Positions 1-14,995 of a stretch of DNA of 64,000 bases are shown here, in pieces. Source of the DNA: the human T2T-CHM13v2.0 reference genome, Homo sapiens; the NCBI RefSeq assembly GCF_009914755.1, contig NC_060948.1; one strand, written 5' to 3'. Position numbers and translations under genes: made by a program. Under the pieces are notes generated by a model, which saw only the letters and a list, made by a program, of their open reading frames with translations, was not told the DNA's origin and did no database searches. How positions within the stretch are numbered: the first letter of the stretch is position 1; every line of letters starts with the position of its first letter.

Positions 1-1682
<1,682 letters not shown>

Positions 1683-2140
1683 GAAGTGAGAAATCACTCT
1701 TTCTACCTGACTGCTTGACCTGGGACATTGGTCTTCTCCTGCTATTAGACTGAAACTTAAACCATTGTTCCTTCTGGAACTGAGACTTCTGCACTTGGAC
1801 TGGAACCCACACCTTCAGCCCTCCTGGGTCTCCAGCCTTCAGAGTCAGACTGCAAATCACACTCCTGGCTCTCCTGGGTCTTATGCCTTTAGGCTCAGCC
1901 TGGAACTCAAACCCTTAGCTCTCCTGGGTCTCAGGCCTTCAGACTTAGACTGGAACTCACACCATTGGCTCTCCTGGGTCTTAGGTCTTCACACTTAGAC
2001 TAGATTCACACCATTGGCTCTCCTGCAACTCCAGTTTGCAGATATTAGATCATGGGACTTTTTAGTCTCCATAATCGTGTCAGCCAATGTCATATAGTAC
2101 ATTCATTTTATTAGTCCTGCTTCTCTGGCAAACCCCAAGT
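1683..2140 (+). mobile_element. MLT2-type (ERVL) LTR fragment with internal 50-bp tandem repeat
   Basis: ctcctgggtc recurs at 1821, 1871, 1921, 1971; MLT2-like 3' end gatcatgggacttt...ctccataatcgtgtcagcca. Confidence 0.7.
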
Positions 2141-2694
2141 AATGCACTTGATGTCTGCATTTTTGTCCCTAGCTCCCACCAGCTGAGCAATAAGCCTTTC
2201 AGCATGCTGGGCCAATAGGGACCCAAGAGATTCCTGGACACCACCTGCCTTCTTGGGAGAAAATTTCCTCTTCCTGAATCATAACACATGTGTGAGTTTC
2301 TGTGCGTGAGAACACACCCGGTACAGCTCAGTATCATAATCTGTTTCCTCAGCTACAAAAGGAGAGTATAGAAAGAGGTAGAAGGGACTTAATTTCAGTC
2401 CCACAGACCTTTATTTTGCTGCCTCATGTGTTGCATTCTCCTTGAGTTCCTGCTGACTTTCTGTGAGGCAGAAATAATCTTTGTGATTGAATGCAGCTGC
2501 TGAGGTTTTCAGAATGACCTCTTTTGAGAAAGTCAGCAAGCTGGCCTTGGCAGGTAAAACATGTACTCCCTCAGTGGTCCTTTTCAGCTCTGCGACTCAG
2601 TTTACCATGAGTGCAGCCAGAACATATTTGATTCAGGGCTTCAGCAGGGAACCTGGATCCCACAATGTGTGGATCTGTTCCTGCTCAACATCTA

Positions 2695-3555
2695 GTATGG
2701 GCTAAATTATATCCCACTAAAATTCACAGGTTGAAGCCCAAACACCCGGGACCTCAGAATGTGATTTTGTTTAGAGATAGGGATTTTAAAGAGATAACCA
2801 AGGTAAAGTGAGGTCACTATGGTGGGCCCTGATGCAATGTGACTTGTGTCCTTATAAGAAGAGGAGATGAGGACAGAGACAAACACAGACGGGCCACCCT
2901 GTGAGGACGCAGGGAGAAGATGGTGTCTACAAGCCCATGAGAGAGACCTCAGGAGGAACCAGCCCTGCCCACACCTTGATCTCTGACTTCCAGCCTTCAG
3001 GACTATGGGAGAATAAATGTTTGTTGTTTATAAGCTGACCAATCTATGGTATTCTGTGATAGCAGCCTGAAATGAACTAAGACACCTGATAAGATAAGAA
3101 GAGGAGATAAAGACACAGACGCACACAGAAAGATGACCCTGTGAAGACACAGGGAGAAGATGGCATCTGCAAGTCAAGAAGAGAGGCCTCAGGAAGAATC
3201 AGCCCTGCCCACACCTTGATCTCCGACCTCTAGCCTCCAGGACTGTGAGAGAATAAATGTCTGTTGTTTCAGCTGTCCAGTCTGTGGTATTCTGTTACAG
3301 CAGTCTAAAATGGACTAAGACATCTTATAAGAAGAGATGAGGACACACACATGCACACAGAGGGATGACCACATGAGAACATATGGAGAAGATGGCATCT
3401 ACAAGCCCATGAGAGAGGCTTTGGGAGGAACCAGCCCTGCCCACACCTTGATCTTGGACTTTCATGCTCCACGATGGTAGGAGAATAAATGTCTGTTGTT
3501 GAAGCTCCCTAGCCTTGGGTATTTTATTGTGATGCCTCAAGCAGACTGATAAACT
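2695..3555 (+). mobile_element. MLT1B-like MaLR LTR with three tandem ~235-240 bp internal units
   Basis: MLT1 5' start tatgggctaaattatatccc...; unit ataagaagag(ga)gat...cacacag...agggagaagatgg...ccagccctgcccacaccttgatc starts at 2854, 3094, 3327. Confidence 0.8.
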
Positions 3556-5047
3556 ATCCATTGTTTGTGGTCCAGTGGGGATTCCAAGTGATGGTTTTGC
3601 TTTGTGTAGAAGGAAAGAGTCAAATCCAAGCAGGAGAGTAAATGAGACAATCTCAAGGTTCTAATGGAACATGGGTTCAATTTCTGTCCCATGGATGAAA
3701 GGCCTCTGGAGGGCATGTGTCAGATTTGGGGGGTGGCACAAGATTCTGTTTCTGAGATGGGTTCTGTCTGTGGAATTCATGAATGGGTAGGTGGAGGAGA
3801 AGACACAGAGTCTGATGGGGCTGGCCTGGAACCTACACTAGCAGACTTGCTGGTATCAGTGAGATTTAGCTACTGTGCCCTGTGAGGAAATATTTACTGT
3901 GATTAATCTTTTAATAACACTCCATTTTAATTGTACCACCTGAAGCAACTTGCCTCCCAAAACAGTTCCTGTAACCAAAGGGTTTATTTATATGTGAAGA
4001 ATTAAACTAGAATTAAGCCAGATGGAGATTCACACATTCCTGCCTTTGTCTCCTCCTGGATTAAAAATATTTGGAGAGTGAAACTGTTTCTCCAAAGACT
4101 GGAAGTGTTAAAGTTCATATGCATTAATTTATTGAAAATGTAATCCAAACAGGATTTTCACCATTCCTTTCTATTTTTGATTAGTTTTTGGCTTGAGTTT
4201 ACTGCTTTCCTCCCCAACTACCCCAATTTTTATTATTATTACTACTTTTATTTCTGAAGGCATACCCAAAAAATAAAAGCAGAAAATGATTTAACAAGGT
4301 TTCCCTCCTAAGGCATTTTTGTGATCCAAAGTGTCACTGAAGTCATTTTAAATTTATATATTTTCATGAAGAAAAATATATCTCTTCCATGCATATTAAG
4401 ATATAATTACAGCCAAATCATAAACTGTGTCTGCTCCAAATGCCAGAGGAATGAAGAAAACAGATTCTTCCCTCTCCAGTAACATACAAATGCATTACAT
4501 TATTTTTGTGTCTTCTTTTAGCCAACTTTAAAATGACAACATACAAAGGATATTCAAGTTGGGTAATTAACATTCTAATAGGTTTGAAGTTTATAGAACT
4601 CTTGCGTGATACCATCAAGTCATCTTTGATCTACTAAATGACAAATACGCCTACTCTTCACTTCTCTCAATTTCTTCCCTGCAGTGATCATACTACATTT
4701 GCTATCATCACCGTATCTGAAATAGTGGCTTTCAGAATTCACCAAGACTCTGGGTCCTTCCAACTCACTTTCTGTAGGGTGTTCACTGTGCCATATGGGT
4801 GCGGATGCATGGACCAAACCACTTTTATTTCAATGTCATGGCTGGAAACCACATTACCCTGCAAACACCCTTAGTGCTCTTGTCCTCTCTCTGGTAATAG
4901 GATGCAACCTCAATTCTGCTTCAATCCCATCTGCCAACTCACCTGAGCTAGATGTTTCTGGAAAAAAGAAAACACCATGGTGCCAATTTGTCTGTAGTAT
5001 CATTCTCTCCTAGTAAATTTATGTTTCCCACTTTTCTAAAATCATTA

Positions 5048-5371
5048 CAGTAGCCCCTTCTTATTTTTGATTTTGCTTTCCACGGTTTCAGTTATCTGTG
5101 ATCAACCACAGTCTAAACATATTAAAATAAATATTCCGGAAATGAACAATGCATAAGTTTTTAATTGAATGCTGTTATGAGAAGCATGATGAAGTTTCAT
5201 AGCATCTTGCTCTGTGGCCGCAAGGACAGGATCATCGCTTTGCCAGCACATTCACGTTGTACAAACTACCTCCCTGTTAATCACTTGGGTGCAAAGAGAT
5301 CACATTCCTATAGTGTTCATTACAGCATACTGTGATAATTGTATCCCACATAGATAAGAGGTGAACTACTG
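5048..5371 (+). mobile_element. MER44A-like (Tigger7-derived) DNA transposon
   Basis: Terminal inverted repeats cagtagccccttcttat...ataagaggtgaactactg; internal ttccacggtttcagtta...aatattccggaaatgaacaatgcataagtttt. Confidence 0.8.
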
Positions 5372-5699
5372 TCTTTACATCTTACCATCACTGACCCTAA
5401 GACCAAAATATCCCCTCCCCAGTTTAATCTAACAAACTTGCCTTAAATCTTACAGGGAAAATACATCCTGTGAGATGAGATAAATTTCACCTTTTTACTA
5501 CCAATCCCACCCATCCTCTGGAGACACACTCACCTTCTCTCTATTCTTTCTGGTTAAAATAAATGTATTTCTGTGCTTATTAACTTTGAAGATCTCCTAA
5601 CTTGATCTCCTGCTGCTGGCAGCTTGGGGTAATTCCCACATTCCCACAGGGCTGTTCTCCTTAGACAGCCTACCCTTTGGTCACAACCGACCACAGGGA

Positions 5700-6085
5700 C
5701 TACTGGTCTCCCAGTTCCATTGCATGCAAGTGACTTCAAAGACTGGCTGTCAAGGCTGCTCTGCCTAAGGGTTTGTACAGAGTTCAGACCTTATTTTCTT
5801 GGGGTTGGGGAGATGATGAATGCCTTTCAAATTATCCTCAAATAAAAGCAATGGGATGAGGAGATATATACCTCCTCCTTGCAGAAATAGTCCTGTTGCT
5901 CATTCTACAAAAATGTGCAGAGTTTCCACAATGGGGCTGAAACTCTGCTGTAATAGCCAACATTTTTACCTTCCTTTTTTTTTTCCCACTTATTCCAGCT
6001 TCTTCAGACAACCTCCCAAATAAACTACCTCTCCCAGGTCCCTCACTTGGGCTCTGCTTTTGGTGGAAATTGAACTTAAACACCC
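5700..6085 (+). mobile_element. Old ERVL LTR remnant (LTR16/LTR33-like)
   Basis: 3' end cctcccaaataaactacct...ctctgcttttggtggaaattgaacttaaaca resembles LTR16-family termini; 5' boundary uncertain. Confidence 0.4.
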
Positions 6086-6196
6086 ACCTAAACACTCAAC
6101 AGGAAATCTCTGCTTCTCCATCAAAGAGAATAAAAAGTCTCATCCTTCCCGTGAGAGCTAGAAAAAGGCTCACCTCAAAAGAGAAAGTCTAGGAAA

Positions 6197-6415
6197 AGCC
6201 TGGCCAACATGGTGAAACTCCGTCTCTCCTAAAATACAAAAAAATTAGGTAGATATGGTGGCAGGCACCTGTAATCCTAGCTACTCAGGAGCCTGAGTCA
6301 CAAGAATTGTGTAAACCTGGGAGGTGGAGGTTGCAGTGATCAGAGATTGCACCACTGCACTCCAGCCTAGGTGACAGACTCAGACTTTTTCTCAAAAAAA
6401 AAAAAAAAAAAAAAA
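6197..6415 (+). mobile_element. 5'-truncated Alu
   Basis: cctggccaacatggtgaaactcc...cactgcactccagcct...poly(A); flanked by aggaaa(a)gcctgg. Confidence 0.95.
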
Positions 6416-6565
6416 GGAAAGCCTGGGAAAGTCTTTTCTCAAGATGTCCTAGAAGGTAACCCACTACCCAATCTATGGTGGTAGCATTCATTAATAAAAA
6501 CAAAAAAAACTTCATAACATGGTGGATAACATATGCACACTGAAGTATTTTTTGAGTCAATGCCA

Positions 6566-6970
6566 TTTTATTTTATTACAATTTCAAATTTTATTTTAGA
6601 TTCAGGGGCCATATGCGCAGATGTGTTACATGGTATATTTCATGATGCTGAGGTTTGGAGTATAAATGATCCCATGATCAGGTACTGAACTTAGTACCCA
6701 ATAGGTAGGATTTTAGCCCTTGTCCCCTTCCCTCCTTTCTCTCTTTAATAGTCCCCAGTGTCTATTTTCCCATCTTTATGTATATTTTTCCCATCCTTAT
6801 AATTGGGAGCTACCCAGTGTTTAGCTCCCAATTATAAGTGAGAACCCGAGGTATTTGTTTTCTGTTCCTGTATTCATTTGCTTAGAATGATGAACTCTGG
6901 CTGCATCCATGTTGCTGCTAATGACATAATCTCATTCTTTTTTACGGCTGCATAGTATTCCATGATGCAT
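6566..6970 (-). mobile_element. L1 3' UTR fragment (L1PA16/L1PB/L1MA-like)
   Basis: ttttagattcagggg...tgttacatgg...gatgctgaggtttgg...catccatgttgctgc...ctgcatagtattccat. Confidence 0.85.
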
Positions 6971-7824
6971 AGTGAATATTCTTAGAAATTGCTAAGAAAT
7001 ACTGGCATGTATTTCACTGCAACAAAAAGACATTCAAATGTGTGAGATGCTGCAAGATGAAATAGTTTTCCTGAGAATCCATGATCCAGGGCTTAGGGAT
7101 ATTTGCTATTGATGCTATGGTGATAATTCAAGCATCAGATCAGTATTATGTCATAACTATGCCTCTTTGTTGCATGGGTGGTCATCTGAGCCACATATTT
7201 TTGATGTCAACACAGCATTCTGGTGATAGGAAAACAAATCAACAAAATCTGGAGGAAGGAGTTGATGGCAGCTGACCAAAGGAGATGGAAGGCATGCCAT
7301 GGGTCCTCCAGGTTGGGGTAGACATACGTTTGCCAGCCCAGGCTCTCACTTCTGCTTTCAGGTATCATTCTTAGTGCTCTCTGGCACTCTCCACAGCGTC
7401 TTGGTTGGAAACACACATTCCTAGTCCATTCTAGGAAGAGTGGGTCTCTGTGGAAATAGCCGCAGTGAATACAAGACAGAGATGCAGTTGCAAGGAGAGC
7501 CATCCTGTGCTCACAAACTGAGACAATCAGCAACATTAATCGCATTTGCAAGCTTCATTCCCCTTTGATGTCTAACCAAGTCTATTCACATGTTCCAGGG
7601 ATTGCAACGTGCCCATCCTTGGTGGGTCTTATTCTGCTTACCACCAAGCTAAATACCCTAAGATCTGATGAGCTAAAGATGGAATTACATGCTGAGAAGC
7701 ACTGCTTTATTTCTGTTTTAACTTTTGGGTCCAGCCCCTGTTTGGTTCCTCTGAGAGCCAGAAAAAAGCTTACCTCAAAACAGGAAGGCTGGGAAAATCT
7801 CACTTAATCAGGACATTTATCTCA

Positions 7825-8675
7825 GTGGTAGACAGAATAACACTCACTGAGGATGTTGTTTTAGTCTGTTTTCACACTGCTATAAAGAATTGCCTGAGAC
7901 TGGGTAATTTATAAAGGAAAGAGGTTTAATTGATTCACAGTTCCACATGGCTGGGGAGACCTCAGGAAACTTACAGTCATGGTGAATGGTGAAGGAGAAC
8001 CAAGACACGTCTAAATGGCAGCAAGCAAGAGACAGTCAAAAAGGAGAAATTGCCACTTATAAGACCATGAGATCTTGAGAGAACCCACTATCACAAGACA
8101 GCACGGGGCAAATCACCCCAAGATCTAATCACCTTCCACCAGGTCACTCTCTCAACACCTGGAGATTACAATTCAAGATGACATCTGGGTGGGAACAAAG
8201 AGCCGAGCCATATCAGATGTGCACATCACAATCCCTGGAACATGTTAACAGACTTAATTAGATGTCATGGGGAATGAAGGCTGCAGATGCAAAAAAAAGT
8301 TGCTAATTGGCTGACTTTAAAAAGTGGGAGTTTTATCCTGGAATATCCAGGTAGATTCACTGTCATTAAAAGAGTCCTTAAAAGTGGAAGAGGGAGAAAG
8401 AAGAGAGTGCAAAGGGATTTGACTACCCAAAAAAAGCACAGAGAGATGCACCTTGCAGGCTTTGAAGATGGAGGAAGAAGATCTCTAGAAGCTGAAAAAG
8501 GGGAGAAAAAGGATTCTCCCCTAACCTGGAGCACAGCCCTGCTGACACCTTGATTTTAGTCCACTAAGACTCAAGTCAGACTTCTGACCTCCATATCTGC
8601 CAGACTAAACTGGTGTTGTTTTGAACCAGTAAGTTTGTAGTGATTTGTTACAGCAGCAAATAGGAGACTTATACA
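7825..8675 (+). mobile_element. MLT1D/E-like LTR interrupted by an MST LTR
   Basis: tggtagacagaataa...gagtccttaaaagtggaagagggag...cagccctgctgacaccttgattttag...tttgttacagcagcaaataggag. Confidence 0.7.
7857..8215 (-). mobile_element. MSTA/THE1-type solo LTR
   Basis: ttagtctgttttcacactgctataaagaa...gccatatca; 5-bp TSD gatgt at 7852-7856 and 8216-8220. Confidence 0.9.
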
Positions 8676-8988
8676 CTCACTTTCACTTCCATTTTTGCAG
8701 TTGACATCTAAGTGGTCTCTCTGCATTCTTGCATGTTGCTATTGGGTTAAGCTTTCTTAATGCATGGCTTTTCTTGTTCTCATTCTCAACAACAAAACAA
8801 TACAAATCACTTTCAATGGCTTGGAAGGCATGAATTTTCCACAACCTTCTTAGCTGGGCATCCAATATCCCCAACTGTATTACCATGACCTCCACTTCTA
8901 GTGTTATTTCTTACTGCTTCCTTGCACATTTTCTATGTGTTCCTGGCAGACTGGACAATTTTCTATTCCTCAAACCTGCTCAAGTTTC

Positions 8989-9451
8989 TGTAAACCAAAA
9001 AGTATTTGACATAGATCCCAATAAGCTTAGAAGTTTCTTTTGCCAAGGTTAAGGACATGCCCAGAAGAAATAAACATGGAATCAGAGAAACAGTCTCTGG
9101 CCTGTGCCGTTCTCCAAAGATGATTCTGAAGCCTTCAGTGTTTAAAGGGGAGAAGTGGGTTTGAAGGGAAAAAGGGCGGGTATGGTCACATTACTGAATC
9201 AAAATTGCAAGAGAAAGGGAGCAAGAGGGGCAGTAGTCAAGCATATATTTGTCTCACGTTTAGGAAATTAGCACTTTGCATAAGGTGAACCTAGCTTATG
9301 TAGCTACCTTTGGAGATGTTTAACCTTTTATCTGTAGCTATCTGCTTAGGAATGAAAGGAAAGGCATCTTCTTGCATGATTCGACTTTCAGCTTGTTCTT
9401 TCCTTTTGGAAGAGTGAATTGAGGTCCTGAGTTTTTATGTTTTCTTTCACA
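8989..9451. mobile_element. MER4-group ERV1 solo LTR
   Basis: TG...CA ends (tgtaaaccaaaaagtatttga...ttgccaaggttaaggac...ctttcaca) with 4-bp TSD tttc. Confidence 0.75.
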
Positions 9452-10138
9452 TTTCATTATGTCTGTGTCTATGTCTGTACCTCCTATATGGCTGGCATTG
9501 CCTTTGAATTCTATCTTTTCCTAACAAATGTCTATTCATTGATTCATTTCAAGGGAGCGTAAGGCTATTGTCTCTCACTGTTTTACAGTAACGGCTGTTG
9601 TTTTACCTTGCAGTACAGTGTGTGTACATGCCTGAGTGTTTATGTACTTGCCTGTGGGTTTACGCACATGTGTTATAATGCCATGCCCATTTGACAACTC
9701 TTATAGGATCCTGGGAGATGCATCAGACATTTAGTAATAAGACACACATGTCAGCTTACATTTCCAAAAGAAGGAAATAAAATGAACATCACATTTCATG
9801 TGATGCAATCTTTTTATCCTTAATCCTTGAAAAAAGCCTACCAGCAGATGGAAACATCTCTATTTTCAGAGTGATGAAGCCGGCATCCATAATGTATGTG
9901 TACGGTTTAGGACTCATGATCTAGTGAGTGATCAGGGTCAGACTCAAACCCGGTGTTTTGAGTCTGAGCTTTTTGTTGCACCACTTTTTTTTTATACATA
10001 ATGAGCCCCAAGGAAATATTCTTAGATTGGTTTGTTTCATCAGGTAAATCTCAGCCATTCTGAAAAAAGTTCAGGGCAAGTTATTGAAAGCCTGTCCTTG
10101 TTCTGTCCACTAGGATTGAGTCAGAAAGGAAAAAAAAT

Positions 10139-10760
10139 GTGACGGGCTTAATTGTATCCCCCTAAAATTCATATATTGAAGTCCTCAACTCCAGGACATC
10201 AAAATGTGGCTGTATTTGGAGACAGGGTCTTTAAAGAGGTGATTAAGGTAAAACGAGGTCATTAGGGTGAACCCTGATCCAATGGACTGGTGTCCTCATA
10301 AGAGGAGGAGATGAGGACACAGACACACACAGAGGGATGACCACGTGAGGACACAGGGAGAAGATGGCATCTACAAGCCCAGGAGAGAGGCCTCAGGAGG
10401 AACCAGCCCTGCCCAAACCTTTATCTCCAACTTCCAGCCTCCAGGACTGTGCGAGAATAAATGTCTGTTGTTTAAGCCACCCAGTCTATGCTATTCTGTT
10501 ATAGCAGCCTGAAATGGACTAAGACATCTCATTAGAAGAGGCAATGAGGACACAGACACACACGGAGAGATGACCCTGTGAGGGCCCAGAGAGAAGACGG
10601 TGTCTACGAACCAAAGAAAGAAGTCTCAGGAGGAACCAGCCCTGCCCATACCTTGATCTCACACCTCCAGCCTCCAAGACTGAAGGAGAATAAATGTCTG
10701 TTTCTTAAGCCCCCTGGTCTGTGGACCTTTGTTACAATGGCCTCAGCTGACTCATACAAT
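10139..10760 (+). mobile_element. MLT1B-like LTR with two tandem internal units
   Basis: Same structure as 2695-3555; junction tggactaagacatctcattagaagagg at ~10516-10541. Confidence 0.8.
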
Positions 10761-11974
10761 GGTCTTGTGTGGCCCTGTACTCAGGACAGCTAGGGTCTGT
10801 GGTATCTTTACAGAGACAGAACAGTTTACAGACTGCATAGCCAGTTCTGAACACATTCACTGCTTTACTTAGGTTACTTGCCACTGTCTTTGTTTTGGGA
10901 AACAAAAAATCACAGAGGTGACTTTACTGAAACCTCAGTGCAAACTGTTTGCAAATAGTCTCTTACTGGGTAATTGACAGGACTCAGTATAAATGGGAAA
11001 TAGAAAGTGTCTGACACATGAGCCACTTTTGGCTAACGTTTCTAGCTCTGGCCATCTGGGAATTCCAGGGGGCATCAGAATAATCTTGTGGAGGGTCCCC
11101 TTGTAGAGTAATTGATCTTAAATTAAAGTCTTAGCTGGGTCCTGAGAGACTTTAAAACTGGCAAGCCACCTAGATGCAGAATCTTTATTATAACACCGAA
11201 AATGGAATTAATTATCAATGGTATGCACTCAAGACATACTTAGAGTGCCCTTGAATTAGTGGCAAATATTTTGCTTAAATTTCTGTCCAAAACATGGATT
11301 GCTTTCTGGAATGTGGGAGGGATGAGAGTTACAAATGCGTAGTTGTGTCCATGCTCACATCCTACACAATCATTCATTGGACTGCCAGAGAATTAGCTTT
11401 CCAGACTTCCTAACCTTCTCAGCAGGACTCTAAAAATACAGAAAGCCCACATGTATTTTCATTCTTATGGAATGTTATCCTTTTGAAAAGTATTGCCCAA
11501 GAGTGGAGGCAGCAGAATGACTGACTTGTGGAAAACAGGTGCCTCTGGCAGGGTAATTTCTCATGGACTGTGACTTCTTCATGGCTGCTCTGGCTCCAGC
11601 TGGAATTCACGGAGAGCCCCCGTGACTTTAACTTCACCACCATAAACCATAAGGCACAGAGACACCTAATGCAGTCTCATCACATGGAAAAAACCATGTG
11701 AGAGGACAGATAGATTATATTTCTATTTTAATAATATCTATATGGATTCCATAACAGCATGTTGTAAACCTCACATACACACAATCAAATTTACTTAAGG
11801 AATTTTAAATGAGAACATTTGGTATTTGGTTTTCATGTGGATAACCTTTCCCTAGAAACAAAGGTGGAAAATATGACTTGAACAGACAAAGAATTCTGTG
11901 AGGCTATTTTGAAAAATAACTGAATGGCTGCATCTATTGCAACATCGTCACCTTTAACTTTATTGATTGTTACT

Positions 11975-12271
11975 TTTTTTTTTTTTTTTTGAGACAGAGT
12001 CTCACTCTGTAACCCAGGCTGCAGTGCAGCAGCACAATCTCAGCTCACTGCAATTTCCACCTCCTGGGTTCAAGCAATTCTCTGCCTCAGCCTCCTGAGT
12101 AGCTGGGATTGCAGCTGCTGGATACCACACCTGGCTAATTTTTATATTTTTAGTAGAGACGCGGTTTCACCGTTTTAGCCAGGCTGGTCTGGAACTCCTG
12201 ACCTCGTGATCCACCTGCCTTGGCCTCTCAAATTGCTGGGATTACAGGCAAGAGCCACTACACCCTGCCAC
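11975..12271 (-). mobile_element. AluS-type element
   Basis: poly(T)-gagacagagtctcactctgt...gctgggattacaggc. Confidence 0.95.
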
Positions 12272-12273
12272 AC

Positions 12274-12567
12274 TTTTTTTTTTTTTTTTTGACAGTTTCC
12301 CTCTGTTGCCCTGGTTGGAGTGCAGTGGTATGATCTTGGCTCACTGCAACCTTTGCCTCTCAGATTCAAGTGATTCTCCTGCCTCAGCCTCACGTGTAGC
12401 TGTGACTACAAGCACATGCCATCACGCCCAGAACATTTTTGTATTTTTAGTAGCGATGGGGTTTTGCCATGTTGGCCAGGCTGCTCTCAAACTCCTGACA
12501 TCAAGTGATCCGCCCACTTCATCCTCCCAAAGTGCTAGGATTACAGGTGTGAGCCATTGTGCCTGGC
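12274..12567 (-). mobile_element. AluS-type element, directly tandem with the previous Alu
   Basis: poly(T)...ggagtgcagtgg...cccaaagtgctaggattacaggtgtgagcc. Confidence 0.95.
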
Positions 12568-13664
12568 TGATTAGTTACTTTTGAAGCTTGATATTCAAAT
12601 GTATATACCATATGATACTTAGAAATAATAAAATACTTAGAAAAATAAAACAAAAAGATGAACTAAGAGAAACTGGCCGTTAGATGTCTACAAGAATTTG
12701 CAAACAGTCACAGCAGGCTCTGTAGCATTACTGGTTTGGTGACCATCTTAAATCAAGATATCCCAGAGGATGGAATGAGCTTTAATGGGGAATGCAGGTA
12801 GAATCTCCAAACCTAAAAAGTAATTTATCACTAACTTGAGAGGTCCTTTGTATCCCAATGGACATTTGGATCTCTCTGTGTGTGTGTATGTGTTTGTGTA
12901 TGGGTGTGGGTGGGTAGATGTTATGTCTTGAGTTCTAGGGAGCAAAGATGATAACATGGATGGTGAAGGAACTTATTATGGGCTGAATTCTGTCCCTAGA
13001 AATTCATATGCTGAAGTCGTAATTCCTCGTGCCATGGAAGATAGTTGTATCTGGGGATTGGGTCTTTCACGAGGTAATTAAGTTGCTGAGGTCATTAGGC
13101 CAGACCCTAATTTAATACAACTCGTGGACTTATGATATCGTCTAAATGCTTGTGTCCTCCTAAAATTCAATGTTGAAATTCTTACTCTGAAGGTTTAAGA
13201 AAAGCCTCCTGAATGGAATGAGTGCCCTTACAAAAGGGACCTCAGAGAACTCCCTTACCCCTTTCACCATGTGAGGACATAGTGAGAAGGTGCCATCTGT
13301 GAATCCGGAAGTGGGGCCTCACCAGACACCAAATCCGCCATGCTTTTAACTTGGATTTCCAGCCTCCAGAAGCGCAAGCAATAAATTTCTGTTGTTTATA
13401 AGTCTCCCAGTCTATGGTATTCTGTTGTAGAAGCCTGAAATGGACTAATACACTTTATGAGAAGAGACGATGAGGACACAGACACACACAGAGAGATGAC
13501 CTGGTGAGGACACAGGGAGAAGATGGTGTCTACAAGCTCTGGACCAAGGCCTCACGTGGAGCCAGCCCTGCTCACAGCTTTATACCAGACTTCCAGCCTC
13601 CAGCACTGTGAGAGAATAATGTCTGTTGTTTATAATCCACCCCGTCCATGGTATTTTGTGATAC

Positions 13665-14995
13665 TGTGTCCAAAATTGGTGGGTTCTTGGTCTCTCTGAC
13701 TTTAAGAACGAAGCCGCAGAACCTCCCAGTGAGTGTTACTTTTCTTAAGATGGTGTGTCTAAAGTTTGTTCCTTCTGATGTTCGGACGTGTTCAGAGTAA
13801 TTTCCTTCTTGTGGGTTTGTAGTCTCGCTGGCCTCAGGAGTGAAGCTGCAGACCTTCGCAGTGAGTGTTACAGCTCTTAAAGGCAGCATGTCTGGAGTTG
13901 CTGGTTCCTTCTGGTGGGTTCCTGGTCTCCCTGGCTTCAGGAGTGAAGCTGCAGATCTTCATGGTGAGTGTTACAGCTCACAAAGTCCAGGGACCCAAAG
14001 AATGAGCAGCAGCAAGACTTAACTGTGAAGAGCTAAAGAACAAATCTTCCCCAACCAGGAAAGGGACCAGTAGCCTGCTTTTATTCCCTTATCTGGCCCC
14101 ACCCACATCCTGCTCATTGGTCCATTTTACAGAGAGCTGATTGGTCAGTTTTACAGACTGCTGATTGGTGTGTTTACAATCCCAGAGCTAGACACAGAGT
14201 GCTGATTGGTGCATTTACAATCCTCTAGCTAGACATAAAAGTTCTCCAAGTCCCCACTAGATTAGCTAGACACAGAGCACTGATCAGTGCATTTACAAAC
14301 CTTGAGCTAGACACAAAGTGCTGATTGGTGCATTTACAATCGTTTAGCTAGACACAAAAGTTCTTCAAATCCCCACAGACTCAGGAGCCCAGGTGGCTTC
14401 TCCTAGTGGATCCTGCGCCGGGGCCTCCGATGGAGCTGCCTGCCAGTCCCACGTGGCATGCCCGCACTCCTCAGCCCTTGGGGGGTGGATGGGACCAGGT
14501 GCCACAGAGCAGGGGGTGGCACCCGTCAGGGAGGCTCACGTGTGCGGGAGCCCATAGTGGGGCAGACTCCAGCATCCCGGGCTGCTGGTCGGGAGCCCTG
14601 CCCCGAGGGGAGGTTGCTGAGTCTCTGCGGGAATTTGAGCGCAGCAGTGGGCCGGTAATGCTGGGGGACCCACGCAGCCTCCGCAGCTGCTGGCCCAGGT
14701 GCTAAGCACCTCACTTCCCAGGGCTGGCCACCCTAAGTGTGGGGTCTGCCGAGCCAGCGCCTACACAGAACTCAAGCTGGCACCAGAGTGCTGCCCACAG
14801 TCACGGTTCCCGCTGGCGCCTCTCCCTCCACACCTCCTGGCAAGCAGAGGGAGCCAGCTCCACCTCTGTCAGCCCAGAGAGGGGCTCCCACAGTGCAGCG
14901 GTGAGCAGAAGGTCTCCTCAAGCACAGCCAGAGTGGATGCCCAGGCCAAGGAGGTGCTGAGCGAGTGAGGGCTGCTAGTACATTGTCACCTCTCA
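13665..14995 (-). mobile_element. LTR12 (ERV9) solo LTR, LTR12C/D-like
   Basis: Reverse-complement ends tgagaggtgaca...ttttggacaca; U5 repeats gtgagtgttacagctc; CCAAT repeats; GC-rich U3; TSD atac/atag. Confidence 0.92.
14110..14350 (-). promoter_or_regulatory. LTR12 enhancer/promoter array of repeated CCAAT (NF-Y) boxes
   Basis: Repeated gctgattggt...tttaca units; known ERV9 LTR enhancer architecture; activity not shown. Confidence 0.6.

Noticed and set aside
1770-3555. Regularly spaced repeats as a CRISPR-like array
   Set aside because: The intervening sequences are themselves homologous, LTR-derived tandem units; eukaryotic context and no cas genes.
14400-14995. GC-rich segment as a gene CpG-island promoter with ORFs
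   Set aside because: It is the U3 region of LTR12.
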